Source of the DNA: Candidatus Omnitrophota bacterium
GTDB taxonomy: Bacteria; Omnitrophota; Gorgyraeia; Gygaellales; Profunditerraquicolaceae
Reading direction: 5' to 3'
Length of the DNA: 64,000 nt
NCBI GenBank assembly: GCA_028712505.1
Contig: JAQTQC010000005.1
Location: 7,051 to 71,050, forward strand
Translations under genes and position numbers: made by a program
Shown here: positions 24,445 through 33,714 of the stretch, in pieces
Numbering within the stretch: the stretch's first letter is position 1
How the letters are laid out: each line of letters begins with the position of its first letter
The notes under the pieces: generated by a model
Told to the model about the DNA's origin: nothing
Database searches by the model: none
What the model saw: the letters and a program-made list of their open reading frames with translations, nothing else

Positions 24445-25203
24445 ATGCTGGTATGGCAGATAATCCTTATACAGATCGCTACTTTTACTTTGATTGTTTT
24501 ATTCCTCCGTTGGCTGCTTTACAGCCACATTAGCCGCGCTTTAGACCGCCTGCAAAGATTGAATCAGCAAAACCTGGAAAAAGAAAAAGTGCTCAAGGAA
24601 GAGTTTGAGCGGGCAAGGAAACAGGCAGAGGTTGAGATCCAGCAGGGTAAGCTTGAGGCTGAGAATATAAAAGAGCAAGCTAAGGAAGAAGGTGAGAAGA
24701 CCAGGAGGAACCTGCTTGAGACATCTAAAGAAGAAGCTAAGCGTATTGTTAGCGAGGGGATGAGGGATAGCCAGAGAAAGTACAATGATTTGCTTTTGGA
24801 TATGCAGGATAAGGCGGTGTATCTGGCAGCGGATATCGTAAAATATATTTTTACAGAGAGGATCCGTAAGGTGTTGCATGAGCAAGTAATCGATGAATTG
24901 ATCGATGATGTTTCCGGCTTGGATAAAGAAAAAATACGTGCTCAGGGAGATAAGGCGGAAATCGTCTGCGCTTATTCGCTTGGGGAAGCGCAAAAGCAGA
25001 GATTGCAGCAAGCCTTATCTAATAAGCTAGAACGTAATATTATTATTGAAGAGACGATTGACCCGGAGATTGTCGGGGGTCTGATTATACGCTTAAGCGG
25101 ATTTGTGGTTATTGACGGTAGTATTAGGAATAAGTTCAAGAGGATAGTTCCGATAATGAAGGATAGGGCCAGAGAAGGCATTGGGCAAACAGGGAAGGGC
25201 TGA
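24445..25203 (+). CDS. atpFH: F-type ATP synthase subunit b fused to subunit delta (b-delta fusion)
   Basis: N-terminal TM helix plus b-like LRWLLYSHISRALDRLQRL and a long charged coiled coil. The C-terminus (IIIEETIDPEIVGGLIIRLSGFVVIDGSIRNKFKRI) matches the delta/OSCP C-terminal consensus. Confidence 0.7.
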   Translation: MLVWQIILIQIATFTLIVLFLRWLLYSHISRALDRLQRLNQQNLEKEKVLKEEFERARKQAEVEIQQGKLEAENIKEQAKEEGEKTRRNLLETSKEEAKRIVSEGMRDSQRKYNDLLLDMQDKAVYLAADIVKYIFTERIRKVLHEQVIDELIDDVSGLDKEKIRAQGDKAEIVCAYSLGEAQKQRLQQALSNKLERNIIIEETIDPEIVGGLIIRLSGFVVIDGSIRNKFKRIVPIMKDRAREGIGQTGKG

Positions 25204-26669
25204 TGCAGGAGATTAATTTAAAACCATTAGAAATAAAGGATGTCGGCACAGTCAGGGAGATCAAGGGCGGTGTCATAAAAATAGACGGGCTTGCTTCTTG
25301 CGTGAACGGACAATTGATTGAGCTTGCCCCTGGTCTGATGGGGATGGTTATTGGTTTTACCAAGAAGGACGTCTTGGTCTTAGTGCTTGGCGATGAGAAT
25401 AAGGTGCATATCGGCGATACTGTTTACGGAGAGGAAGGTGTTTTTGAGGTTCCTGTAGGCAGTAACTTTCTTGGCCGGGTGGTCAATACCTTTGGCCAGC
25501 CTCTAGACGGTAAAGGTAAGATCGAGGGTGTGGATACTTATCCGATATTTCGCAATGCTCCCGGGGTGTTGGACAGAGCCCCTATTCTCGAACCTTTTCT
25601 TACTGGAACCAAGATTATCGACACGTGTATACCTTTAGGAAAAGGGCAAAGGGAGCTTATCCTTGGGGACAGGGTTACTGGCAAGACTACCCTGGTTATC
25701 GATGCAATCATCAACCAGAAGGGTAAAGACGTAATTTGCATATATTGCTGGATAGGCGGTAGTCAATCTTCGTTTTTAAAAATCATGGAGCAGTTAAGGC
25801 TAAGCGGAGCTATGGAATGGACTATTGTGGTTACGGCATCCGCTTCAGCTTCTCCCGCAGAGCAATATCTGGTTCCTTATGCAGCTGCTGCCCTGGGTGA
25901 GTATTTTATGGATCATGGCCGGGATGTCTTTTGTGCCTTTGATAATTTAAGCCGGCATGCCTGGATTTATCGCGAGATCTCCCTGCTTTTAGAGAGAAGC
26001 CCGGGTAGAGAGGCTTATCCCGGAGATATGTTTTACACCCATTCACAGCTGATGGAGAGGGCGGGTAAGTTGAATGAAGAAAAAGGCTCAGGTTCAATGA
26101 CATTCCTGCCGATTGTAGAAACCCAGGAAGGTGATATTACCGGACTCATCCAATCCAACCTTGTTTCTATAACTGACGGCCAGATTTATTTAAGCGCCTC
26201 TCTTTTTAATGAAGGTTTTAAGCCGGCTATTGATTTAGGGCTTTCGGTTTCGCGTATCGGAAGCAAGGTACAGTGTGATGCGATAAAGAAGGTAAGCCGT
26301 TCACTAAAAAGAGAATTTGCCCTGGCTAAAGAATTAGCCGCGCTTACTACCATTCGAACCAAATTGTCCGCTGATATCGAACTTAGGCTTAAGCGGGGAC
26401 AGGCTCTGAAAGATTTGCTTATGCAGGATAAGTCAAAGCCTCTTTGCGTAGAGGAGATGATTGTTCTTTTTTACGCATTTAATAAAGACCTGCCTGAGAT
26501 CTTGGAGGAGTCGCAAAGAGAAAACTTTAAGCAGAACATATTCGCTTATTTGCTCAGAGAACATCCGGAATTAGTCGAAGAACTTACTATCCAAAAGCTT
26601 CTTACCGGAGGAATTGAAAGAGGTTTGGATAAGGCGTTTGAGGAATTTTTTGCCGCGGCAAACAATTAA
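25203..26669 (+). CDS. atpA: F-type ATP synthase alpha subunit
   Basis: GDRVTGKTTLVIDAIINQKG Walker A in alpha context, plus the typical alpha C-terminal helical region. Start overlaps the atpFH stop (TGATG). Confidence 0.85.
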   Translation: MQEINLKPLEIKDVGTVREIKGGVIKIDGLASCVNGQLIELAPGLMGMVIGFTKKDVLVLVLGDENKVHIGDTVYGEEGVFEVPVGSNFLGRVVNTFGQPLDGKGKIEGVDTYPIFRNAPGVLDRAPILEPFLTGTKIIDTCIPLGKGQRELILGDRVTGKTTLVIDAIINQKGKDVICIYCWIGGSQSSFLKIMEQLRLSGAMEWTIVVTASASASPAEQYLVPYAAAALGEYFMDHGRDVFCAFDNLSRHAWIYREISLLLERSPGREAYPGDMFYTHSQLMERAGKLNEEKGSGSMTFLPIVETQEGDITGLIQSNLVSITDGQIYLSASLFNEGFKPAIDLGLSVSRIGSKVQCDAIKKVSRSLKREFALAKELAALTTIRTKLSADIELRLKRGQALKDLLMQDKSKPLCVEEMIVLFYAFNKDLPEILEESQRENFKQNIFAYLLREHPELVEELTIQKLLTGGIERGLDKAFEEFFAAANN

Positions 26670-26685
26670 GTTTTAAGGAGTAAAA

Positions 26686-27576
26686 ATGATTCCATTAGTC
26701 GTATTACGCAAGGATTTGGCGTTTAATAAGGTAATGGAAAGCATCATTGAGGTGTTAAAGGGCGTCGCTGCCACTGAGTATTTTCATCTTCAGGGTAAAA
26801 GAAGGAGTTTTGATGAGTTTGAGGGTTATTTAAGAGACCTGTTTGCCCAGGTAGATGTCGGTGATTTCAAACATCCGTTCTTGAACTCTGAGCCTTCTGC
26901 GAAAAATATTGTCTTAATAACTTCCGATTCCGGTTTTCTCGGGGAGCTTAATATGTCGGTAGTAAATTATGGTTTAAGCCAATATCAGAGTGGCGATTTA
27001 CTGACGGTTGTGGGCAAAGAAGGAACAAGATATATCAGCGAGGATGATTATAAGTACACAAGTTTTCCGGGTATTGACGATGATATTTCTTATAGCGGGG
27101 TAATCAGATTAAGAGATCATATCATAAAGGAATTCTTTAGTAAAAAGCTGAGCGGCACGGTTATAGTCTATCCGCATTTTGTTTCTTTTTCTGTGCAGAA
27201 GATAGAACAGTTTCAGTTGTTCCCTTGCAGGTTTTTATTCCCCCAGGAATCCGGTGTCCCGGGTGACAGTAAGGCAAAGTTCTGGGAGTCCGGAACCGAT
27301 GAAAAGATAATCCTGGACTCATCATTAAAAACAACGGTGGAATATTTAGTCAGGATTTGGATCGGTCAGTTAATTAATCTTATATATTGGGAAAGTAAGC
27401 TTTCTGAATGGGCAGCGCGGGTGATGCATCTGGAAAGAAGTACCAATGAACTTAGGAACCAGCAGAAGAAGATGCGTTTACAGTATTTCCGCACTATGCA
27501 CGAGCGAAGTGATAAAAATACCCGGGAAATCTTTGTCAGCCGTATGGCTTTGATCAAGACCGGGGCTGTATCTTAA
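26686..27576 (+). CDS. atpG: F-type ATP synthase gamma subunit (divergent)
   Basis: Position between alpha and beta, size 296 aa, gamma-like N- and C-terminal helices. Assignment rests mainly on synteny. Confidence 0.6.
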   Translation: MIPLVVLRKDLAFNKVMESIIEVLKGVAATEYFHLQGKRRSFDEFEGYLRDLFAQVDVGDFKHPFLNSEPSAKNIVLITSDSGFLGELNMSVVNYGLSQYQSGDLLTVVGKEGTRYISEDDYKYTSFPGIDDDISYSGVIRLRDHIIKEFFSKKLSGTVIVYPHFVSFSVQKIEQFQLFPCRFLFPQESGVPGDSKAKFWESGTDEKIILDSSLKTTVEYLVRIWIGQLINLIYWESKLSEWAARVMHLERSTNELRNQQKKMRLQYFRTMHERSDKNTREIFVSRMALIKTGAVS

Positions 27577-27590
27577 GAAAGAGGAGCTTT

Positions 27591-29000
27591 ATGCAGGAAG
27601 GCAAGATAGTCTCAGTCCAGGGGCCAATCGTAGATGTGGAGTTTCCCGCGGATGTATTATTCCCGGCTATATACGATGTTATTGAGACCGAGACTTTTGA
27701 CGGTCACCGGATAGTGCTTGAGGTGGTAGAATATTTGAGTAAATCTGATTCGGATAAGACAAATACCATGAGGTGTATTTGTTTAAATCCGAATTTTGGT
27801 TTGCGTAGGAACGCCCGGGCAATTGCCAAAGGCTCAACTATCAGTGTACCCGTAGGAGAAGCAACCTGTTCCCGGATATTGAACGTTTTGGGTGAACCGG
27901 TAGATAAGAAAGGGCCAGTTAATGTCGGCCCGGATAAGATCAGGCCCACACATAGAAAACAGCAGATAGCTACCGTTGATACCGGGGATGGCAAAGAGAA
28001 GAAGTTTGAGGTTATGCAAACAGGCATAAAGATGTTCGATCTCCTGTTTCCTCTAATTAAAGGTTCCCGGAACGGTATCCTAGGAGGCGCAGCTTGCGGC
28101 AAGAGTGTAATCATCTTAGAGCTTATGCATAACATTATCAAGATGCAGAAAGGCTATTGTGTTTTTACGGGAGCAGGAGAGCGGACCAGGGAAGGTAATG
28201 AGTTATATTATGAACTGGAGAAACAGGATATCTTGAATAGGTCATCTTTGGTATTTGGGCAGATGAACGAATCTCCCGGAGCCAGATTTGAAATAGTAAA
28301 CACAGGTTTGACTATCGCGGAGAATTTTGCCGAAGAAGGGGATGATGTTCTGTTGTTTGTGGATAACGTATACAGGTTTGCCCAGGCAGGTACAGAGTTG
28401 TCTACCCTTTTAGGCAGGATTCCTTCCGAGACAGGTTATCAACCTACGTTGCCTTCAGAGATGGCTGAATTTCAGGAGAGGATTCGTTCAGTCGGACAGG
28501 CTTCAATTACGGCAATGGAAGCAGTTTATGTGCCCTCCGATGATTTAACTGATCCGGCAGTAGTCTGTATATTCAGTTATTTGGATTCTATAGTTATCTT
28601 GAGCCGGCGTTATGTTCAGTTAGGCTTATTCCCTGCTATCGATGCCTTGACTTCGTCTTGCGCCTTTCTTGATCCGATGATTATCGGAAAAAGGCATTTC
28701 AAGACTGCTCAGGATGTTTTAAGAATCCTTAACCGGTATGAGGAGCTCAGGCGTATTGTTGCTATTGTAGGGGTAGAAGAACTTTCTCAAGGGGATAGGA
28801 CTATATTCGAAAGAGCAGCTAAGCTGCAGAATTTTCTTACCCAGCCGTTTTTTTGCGCCGAGGCTTATACAGGAAGAAAAGGAGAATATGTCCCTTTAGA
28901 GGCGACTTTAGAGGGTTGTGAAAGGATAGTTTCCGGCCAGGTGGATAAAGTTCAGGCGGAAAAATTTTATATGATTGGCGCACTGCTAAATGACATTTAA
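27591..29000 (+). CDS. atpD: F-type ATP synthase beta subunit (Walker A GGAACGKS; DELSEED replaced by EELSQGD)
   Basis: [20 protein letters not shown]-terminus. Catalytic GERTREG motif, [11 protein letters not shown], and P-loop [11 protein letters not shown]. Confidence 0.85.
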   Translation: MQEGKIVSVQGPIVDVEFPADVLFPAIYDVIETETFDGHRIVLEVVEYLSKSDSDKTNTMRCICLNPNFGLRRNARAIAKGSTISVPVGEATCSRILNVLGEPVDKKGPVNVGPDKIRPTHRKQQIATVDTGDGKEKKFEVMQTGIKMFDLLFPLIKGSRNGILGGAACGKSVIILELMHNIIKMQKGYCVFTGAGERTREGNELYYELEKQDILNRSSLVFGQMNESPGARFEIVNTGLTIAENFAEEGDDVLLFVDNVYRFAQAGTELSTLLGRIPSETGYQPTLPSEMAEFQERIRSVGQASITAMEAVYVPSDDLTDPAVVCIFSYLDSIVILSRRYVQLGLFPAIDALTSSCAFLDPMIIGKRHFKTAQDVLRILNRYEELRRIVAIVGVEELSQGDRTIFERAAKLQNFLTQPFFCAEAYTGRKGEYVPLEATLEGCERIVSGQVDKVQAEKFYMIGALLNDI

Positions 29001-29020
29001 ATTTTAGGGGAGACTAAAAA

Positions 29021-30748
29021 ATGTTAATTAAAATTGGGCAGATGTTGATTAACAAGAAATTGATTACCTCTGAGCAGTTAGAAGAGGCGCTTACCGAGCA
29101 GACCAGGACGGGTGAGCTCTTGGGGGTGATTTTGATCAAGAAAGGCTTCTTGAACCAGGAGGATTTTTTAAAAGTACTTTCGGAGCAATTTAATGTGCCT
29201 TTCATAAAGTTAAAAGAAACTACCATTGATCCTTTGGCGATCAAGAAAGTCCCTGCCAAGTTCGCCTGGTATTACAAGGTTATGCCGGTAAAGTTTGTAG
29301 ATAATAAATTACTGATTGCTTCTTCCGATCCTTTACGTTCCCTGGATGACTTGAGAATATTTTTAGGTTATGATTTAAAGCCTGCCCTGGCTGAAGAAAC
29401 TGAAATTATGGAAGCGATTAAAGAGCATTATGGTGTAGGAGCCGAGACCGTAGAGGGGATTATTGCTAAGGCGCCCAAGGATGTCAGAGTTCCAGACGCC
29501 TCAAAAGAAACAGGCAGGATCGAGGATATTGAAAAGTTAGCCGAAGATGCCTCAGTGGTCAAACTGGTAAATCAGATTATCTTGGAGGCTTATCAAAAAA
29601 GAGCTACTGATATCCATATTGAGCCATTCAGAGGCAAGATGAGTATAAGGTATCGTATCGACGGTGTACTTTATAACGCGAATGTACCGGCGGATATTGA
29701 GCGGTTTTTCCTGGCCATTATTTCGCGTATAAAGATAATGTCCAGGCTGAATATCGTAGAACGCCGGCTTCCCCAGGATGGCCGCGCCGTGATAAAGATA
29801 GGTAAGGAAGAACTGGATCTGAGGATCTCGATTATACCCACGCGTTATGGCGAGGGCATGGTAATAAGGATCCTCCCTATGAGCATGCTTTTTAGTTTGG
29901 AAAGACTGGGACTAGCGCCTGAAGATTTAGAGCTCTTGGCAAAATTGATCAAGAAGCCCCATGGCATAATCCTGGTGACCGGCCCGACGGGAAGCGGTAA
30001 GAGTACCACTTTGTATGGATGTTTGAATGATATAAAAAGCAGCAGGAATAAGATAATTACCATTGAAGATCCTATCGAGTATGAGTTGGAAGGTATAACT
30101 CAGATTCAGGTGGTTCCTGAAATAGGCTTTACTTTTGCTCAAGGTTTAAGAAGTATCTTAAGGCATGACCCGGATATAATGATGGTTGGAGAGATCCGGG
30201 ATTTTGAGACCGCTGAGCTGGCAATCCGTAGTGCCTTGACCGGCCATCTAGTTTTCTCTACCATCCACACCAATGATGCCGCAGGCGCAGTTGCCCGTCT
30301 CTTAAATATCGGTATTGAGCCGTATCTGGCGGCTTCTTCAGTTGAGGCATTTATTGCTCAAAGGCTGGTGCGCTTAATCTGCCCTGACTGCAAGAAAATC
30401 GATACTGACGTACCGGATAATTTCAGGTCATTGATCGGTCAGGATATAGCCAGGAGTGGTGGAGGATTGCAACACTTGAAACCGGAAGAGATCAAGATTT
30501 ATAAAGGCCAGGGTTGCAAGGAGTGTAATTTTACCGGCTATAAGGGCAGGACTGCAATCCATGAAATATTAGTAGTGGATAAGGGGATACGGGAGCTGAT
30601 GCTCAGAAAAGCCTCAACCGATGAATTGCGGGATAAGGCGGTCAGTGCCGGCATGAAAACATTGCGTCTATGCGGATGGAAAAAAGTTATTGACGGTTTG
30701 ACTACCCCTGAAGAGATATTGAGGGTAACCCAGGCAGAGGAGTATTAA
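29021..30748 (+). CDS. gspE: T2SS/T4P assembly ATPase GspE/PilB family (N-terminal GspE_N/MshEN-like domain, Walker A GPTGSGKST, tetra-Cys zinc motif)
   Basis: Motifs GPTGSGKSTTLY, DPIEYEL, MVGEIRD, CPDCKK...CKECNFTGYKGR. N-terminal KIGQMLINKKLITSEQLEEALTEQ. Confidence 0.85.
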   Translation: MLIKIGQMLINKKLITSEQLEEALTEQTRTGELLGVILIKKGFLNQEDFLKVLSEQFNVPFIKLKETTIDPLAIKKVPAKFAWYYKVMPVKFVDNKLLIASSDPLRSLDDLRIFLGYDLKPALAEETEIMEAIKEHYGVGAETVEGIIAKAPKDVRVPDASKETGRIEDIEKLAEDASVVKLVNQIILEAYQKRATDIHIEPFRGKMSIRYRIDGVLYNANVPADIERFFLAIISRIKIMSRLNIVERRLPQDGRAVIKIGKEELDLRISIIPTRYGEGMVIRILPMSMLFSLERLGLAPEDLELLAKLIKKPHGIILVTGPTGSGKSTTLYGCLNDIKSSRNKIITIEDPIEYELEGITQIQVVPEIGFTFAQGLRSILRHDPDIMMVGEIRDFETAELAIRSALTGHLVFSTIHTNDAAGAVARLLNIGIEPYLAASSVEAFIAQRLVRLICPDCKKIDTDVPDNFRSLIGQDIARSGGGLQHLKPEEIKIYKGQGCKECNFTGYKGRTAIHEILVVDKGIRELMLRKASTDELRDKAVSAGMKTLRLCGWKKVIDGLTTPEEILRVTQAEEY

Positions 30749-30752
30749 GCAG

Positions 30753-30992
30753 ATGTTCAAGGTTTCGGTGCTGGACATAAAGACCGCTTCATCTATATTC
30801 CAGGAGTTGGTTTCTCAGGTTGTGCTGCCTGGTGAGGAGGGGGAGTTGTCGATTATGGATTTTCATCAGCCGATTATCTCCTGTCTTAAGGATGGGTTAA
30901 TCCGGATAGATAATACCCCGCCTATATTTATTAAAAGCGGGATTGCCAGTATGCAAGATAATGAGCTAGTGGTATTGGTGGAGAAAAAATAA
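30753..30992 (+). CDS. atpC: F-type ATP synthase epsilon subunit, beta-sandwich N-terminal domain only (79 aa, no C-terminal helical domain)
   Basis: VVLPGEEGELSIMDFHQPIISCLKDGLIRI and FIKSGIASMQDNELVVLVE align with the epsilon NTD (E. coli [28 protein letters not shown]). RBS GAGGAG upstream. Sits 4 nt after the gspE stop and 1 nt before gspF. Confidence 0.7.
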   Translation: MFKVSVLDIKTASSIFQELVSQVVLPGEEGELSIMDFHQPIISCLKDGLIRIDNTPPIFIKSGIASMQDNELVVLVEKK

Positions 30993-30993
30993 T

Positions 30994-32226
30994 ATGCCGA
31001 TATTTGTTTATCAGGCGAAAAAAGGCCCGCAGGAAATTATCGATGGTACGGTGGAAGCCGCAACCAAGGAAGCGGCTGTCAGTAAAATAGAGCAGATGGG
31101 CTATATGCCTATCAGGCTTAGCCTTAAGGAAGGGTCGGCTGTTGGCAATACCGGTAATCTTCAGGGAAATAGGGCCTTTAGTTTCTTTGACCGGATAAGC
31201 TCCCGCGATCTGAATGTTTTTACCGACCAGCTGGCTACTCTGGTTAAGTCTAAAGTGCCGCTTTTTGAAGCAATCAATATACTTTCTTCTCAGACGGAGA
31301 ATCCCAAATTAAAACAAATAATAATCGCCATATCCGGGCAGCTAAAAGACGGCAAGACTCTTTCTGAGGCTTTGAGCAAGTATCCTAAGGTTTTCCCCCT
31401 TCTTTATGTGAATATGGTTCATTCCGGGGAATCCGGAGGGGTATTAGATGAGACTCTGACCCGGTTGGCTAAATTCCGCGAAGAGCAGGAAGAGGTGAGG
31501 GCTAATATAAGCTCAGCCTTGGCATATCCGATATTTATATCAATAGTTGGATTGATTACCGTCATTATCCTGCTTACTTTCGGTATTCCGCGTTTAGCCT
31601 CCATGTTCAGCGAAAATAAACAAGCCCTGCCCTTACCGACTAAGTTCTTGATTTCAATGAGCAGCGGGATCAGGAATTACTGGTATCTCGGGGTTATATT
31701 CATAGGCTTGGCTGTTTTTATACTGCGGCAAAAACAGGCAATTGAAAAGAATAAGGCTGCGATTGATAAATTTATATTAAAGTTGCCCCTGATCGGGAAT
31801 TTTAGCAAGAAGGCGATGCTGGCGGAATTTACCCGGACATTTGCCTTACTTCTGGCTAATGGGGTGCCGGTGCTTGAGGCCTTGCAGATAACCGTGCCGA
31901 CAATTAATAACGAAATGTTCAGGATAGAATTGGAGAAGGTGCATAGTGATATTGTCGTGGGTACCCCCCTTTCCCAAAGTATGAAGAAATCCAGCTGGTT
32001 TCCTCCTTTTCTGACCAATATGATTGCGGTCGGAGAAAGAGGGGGGAATTTGCAGGAGGTATTATTGGAAGTGGCGGTTTTTTACGAACGCGAAGTAAGA
32101 AAAATAAACAAGATAATGACTTCTTTGCTTGAGCCGGCGATAATTTTGATCATGGGCTTAATCGTAGGGTTTATCGTTATAGCAATGCTCCTGCCTATTT
32201 TTGAAATAAATATGGCGGTACAATAA
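30994..32226 (+). CDS. gspF: T2SS/T4P inner-membrane platform protein GspF/PilC family
   Basis: MPIFVYQAKKGPQEIIDGTVEAATKEAAVSKIEQMGYMPI N-terminus. Two GspF repeats with three TM segments. Confidence 0.85.
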   Translation: MPIFVYQAKKGPQEIIDGTVEAATKEAAVSKIEQMGYMPIRLSLKEGSAVGNTGNLQGNRAFSFFDRISSRDLNVFTDQLATLVKSKVPLFEAINILSSQTENPKLKQIIIAISGQLKDGKTLSEALSKYPKVFPLLYVNMVHSGESGGVLDETLTRLAKFREEQEEVRANISSALAYPIFISIVGLITVIILLTFGIPRLASMFSENKQALPLPTKFLISMSSGIRNYWYLGVIFIGLAVFILRQKQAIEKNKAAIDKFILKLPLIGNFSKKAMLAEFTRTFALLLANGVPVLEALQITVPTINNEMFRIELEKVHSDIVVGTPLSQSMKKSSWFPPFLTNMIAVGERGGNLQEVLLEVAVFYEREVRKINKIMTSLLEPAIILIMGLIVGFIVIAMLLPIFEINMAVQ

Positions 32227-32241
32227 TTAAGGGGGATTCAA

Positions 32242-32658
32242 ATGAGGGCAAAAAGCGGTTTTACACTTATAGAATTAATGTTGGTAGTCATAATTCTTGG
32301 TGTCTTAGCAGCGATGGTGATGCCCAGACTGTCCGGACGTTCAGAGCAGGCCAAGGTTGCGGTGGCCAAGACAGATATCAGCGCTAATATAGCGACTGCG
32401 CTTGATCTTTATGAACTGGATAACGGCCGTTATCCGACTACGGAACAGGGTTTGGCTGCCTTATCGACAAAACCGGGAGATCTTTCTGAGGGGGCGAACT
32501 GGAATGGACCGTACATCAAGAAAGAGTCGCAAGACCCCTGGAATAAAGAATATCAATATAAATATCCCGCTACACATGAAGGCCAGGATTATGATTTGTA
32601 TTCTTTGGGTCCGGACGGCATAGAGAGCGAAGATGATATCGGTAACTGGCAAAAATGA
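32242..32658 (+). CDS. gspG: major pseudopilin GspG (T2SS type)
   Basis: Prepilin leader plus GFTLIELM. YELDNGRYPTTEQGLAAL, DPWNKEYQY and DLYSLGPDG closely match the GspG consensus. Confidence 0.85.
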   Translation: MRAKSGFTLIELMLVVIILGVLAAMVMPRLSGRSEQAKVAVAKTDISANIATALDLYELDNGRYPTTEQGLAALSTKPGDLSEGANWNGPYIKKESQDPWNKEYQYKYPATHEGQDYDLYSLGPDGIESEDDIGNWQK

Positions 32659-33100
32659 AGCCTTGGATCTTTTAAACTGTAAGGCGGATGCTGAGCGGCC
32701 AATTCTTCGGCCGCGAACGCATAAAGGTTTTACGTTAATTGAGATAATGATTAGCGTGTCTATCCTTTCCTTGGGGCTTATCCTGATCATGCAGGGGCTT
32801 GCTAAATGTGTAAATATTTTGCGTATTTCCCAGAGCAACCTGGCGGCAACCTTATTGGCCGAGGATAAGATGGCCGAGATGGAAATAGCAGCCAAGCAGG
32901 ATGGTGCAAAGGCATTTCTTGGCGATACAAGCGGGGAAGAGAAATCCGGTAATCTGGAGCTCAATTGGCAGATACGCCTGACTCCGGATGAGGAATACGA
33001 GAATCTAAACCGGATTTTGGCTACTGTCCGTTGGAAAGATGGCCGTAATAACGGCTCAAGTGTTCTTAGCACCTATTTGACGATTTTTAATGATAAATAA
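32633..33100 (+). CDS. minor pseudopilin (GspH/GspI-like); true start uncertain
   Basis: KGFTLIEIMISVSILSLGLILIM prepilin-type N-terminus. The annotated ATG gives an unusually long 31-aa leader. Confidence 0.6.
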   Translation: MISVTGKNEALDLLNCKADAERPILRPRTHKGFTLIEIMISVSILSLGLILIMQGLAKCVNILRISQSNLAATLLAEDKMAEMEIAAKQDGAKAFLGDTSGEEKSGNLELNWQIRLTPDEEYENLNRILATVRWKDGRNNGSSVLSTYLTIFNDK

Positions 33101-33707
33101 AAGAAATAAGAGAATAAAACCCGCAGGGTTTACTCTGGTTGAGTTGATTATCAGCGGAGCGATAATCTTATTGGTTTCGGTAACTGTCTATTCCGTTTTT
33201 GCCAGCGGTATAAATGTTTGGAGAAAGGCAAATCAGTTCCAGGGTAAAGGTCATGCCCTAAGGTTGGTTGTTGAGAAGATGAGCAGGGAGATAAGGAATA
33301 CGTTTAGGTTTTCTACTATTCCTTTTGAAGGCAGCGAGAGTATTGTCTATTTTCCTCAGATCGTTGACAGCCAGCTCAGCAGGGTTATTTATTTTGTTGA
33401 TGAAAAGGAGAATTTTTGCCGCAGGACCCAGAGTTATCCTGAAGTTTTTGAGAAGGGGGAGTCTGGAAAATGTGATATACTGCTTCCCGGGTTGAAAAAG
33501 TTGAGATTTGAATACTGTTATCTTGATAATGCCAGCGGGGAATATGAATGGAAGGATAAATGGGTTAAGGAGGAGCAGGATACTATCCCCCAGGCAATCA
33601 AAGCAGAGTTTACTTTTGAGGGGCAGAACGGAGAAGAGCTAAAGTTTGCTAAGACAGTATTTATCCCCATTGGTACCGGAGAGCAAAAAATAGAACTTAT
33701 CCAGTAA
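33090..33707 (+). CDS. minor pseudopilin (GspJ-like)
   Basis: MINKRNKRIKPAGFTLVELIISGAIILLV prepilin N-terminus, 205 aa. Confidence 0.6.
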   Translation: MINKRNKRIKPAGFTLVELIISGAIILLVSVTVYSVFASGINVWRKANQFQGKGHALRLVVEKMSREIRNTFRFSTIPFEGSESIVYFPQIVDSQLSRVIYFVDEKENFCRRTQSYPEVFEKGESGKCDILLPGLKKLRFEYCYLDNASGEYEWKDKWVKEEQDTIPQAIKAEFTFEGQNGEELKFAKTVFIPIGTGEQKIELIQ

Positions 33708-33714
33708 GGTATTT

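Noticed and set aside
24541-25011. 156-aa - strand ORF (plus other - strand ORFs at 24564-24785 and 24972-25181) overlapping atpF/H
   Set aside because: Antisense to a well-supported b-delta gene. Leu/Phe-rich artefact of the AT-rich coiled-coil coding region.
32461-33072. 203-aa - strand ORF and a 73-aa + strand ORF (32402-32623) overlapping the pseudopilin genes
   Set aside because: The + strand pseudopilin genes have unmistakable prepilin N-termini. The overlapping ORFs lack any motif.
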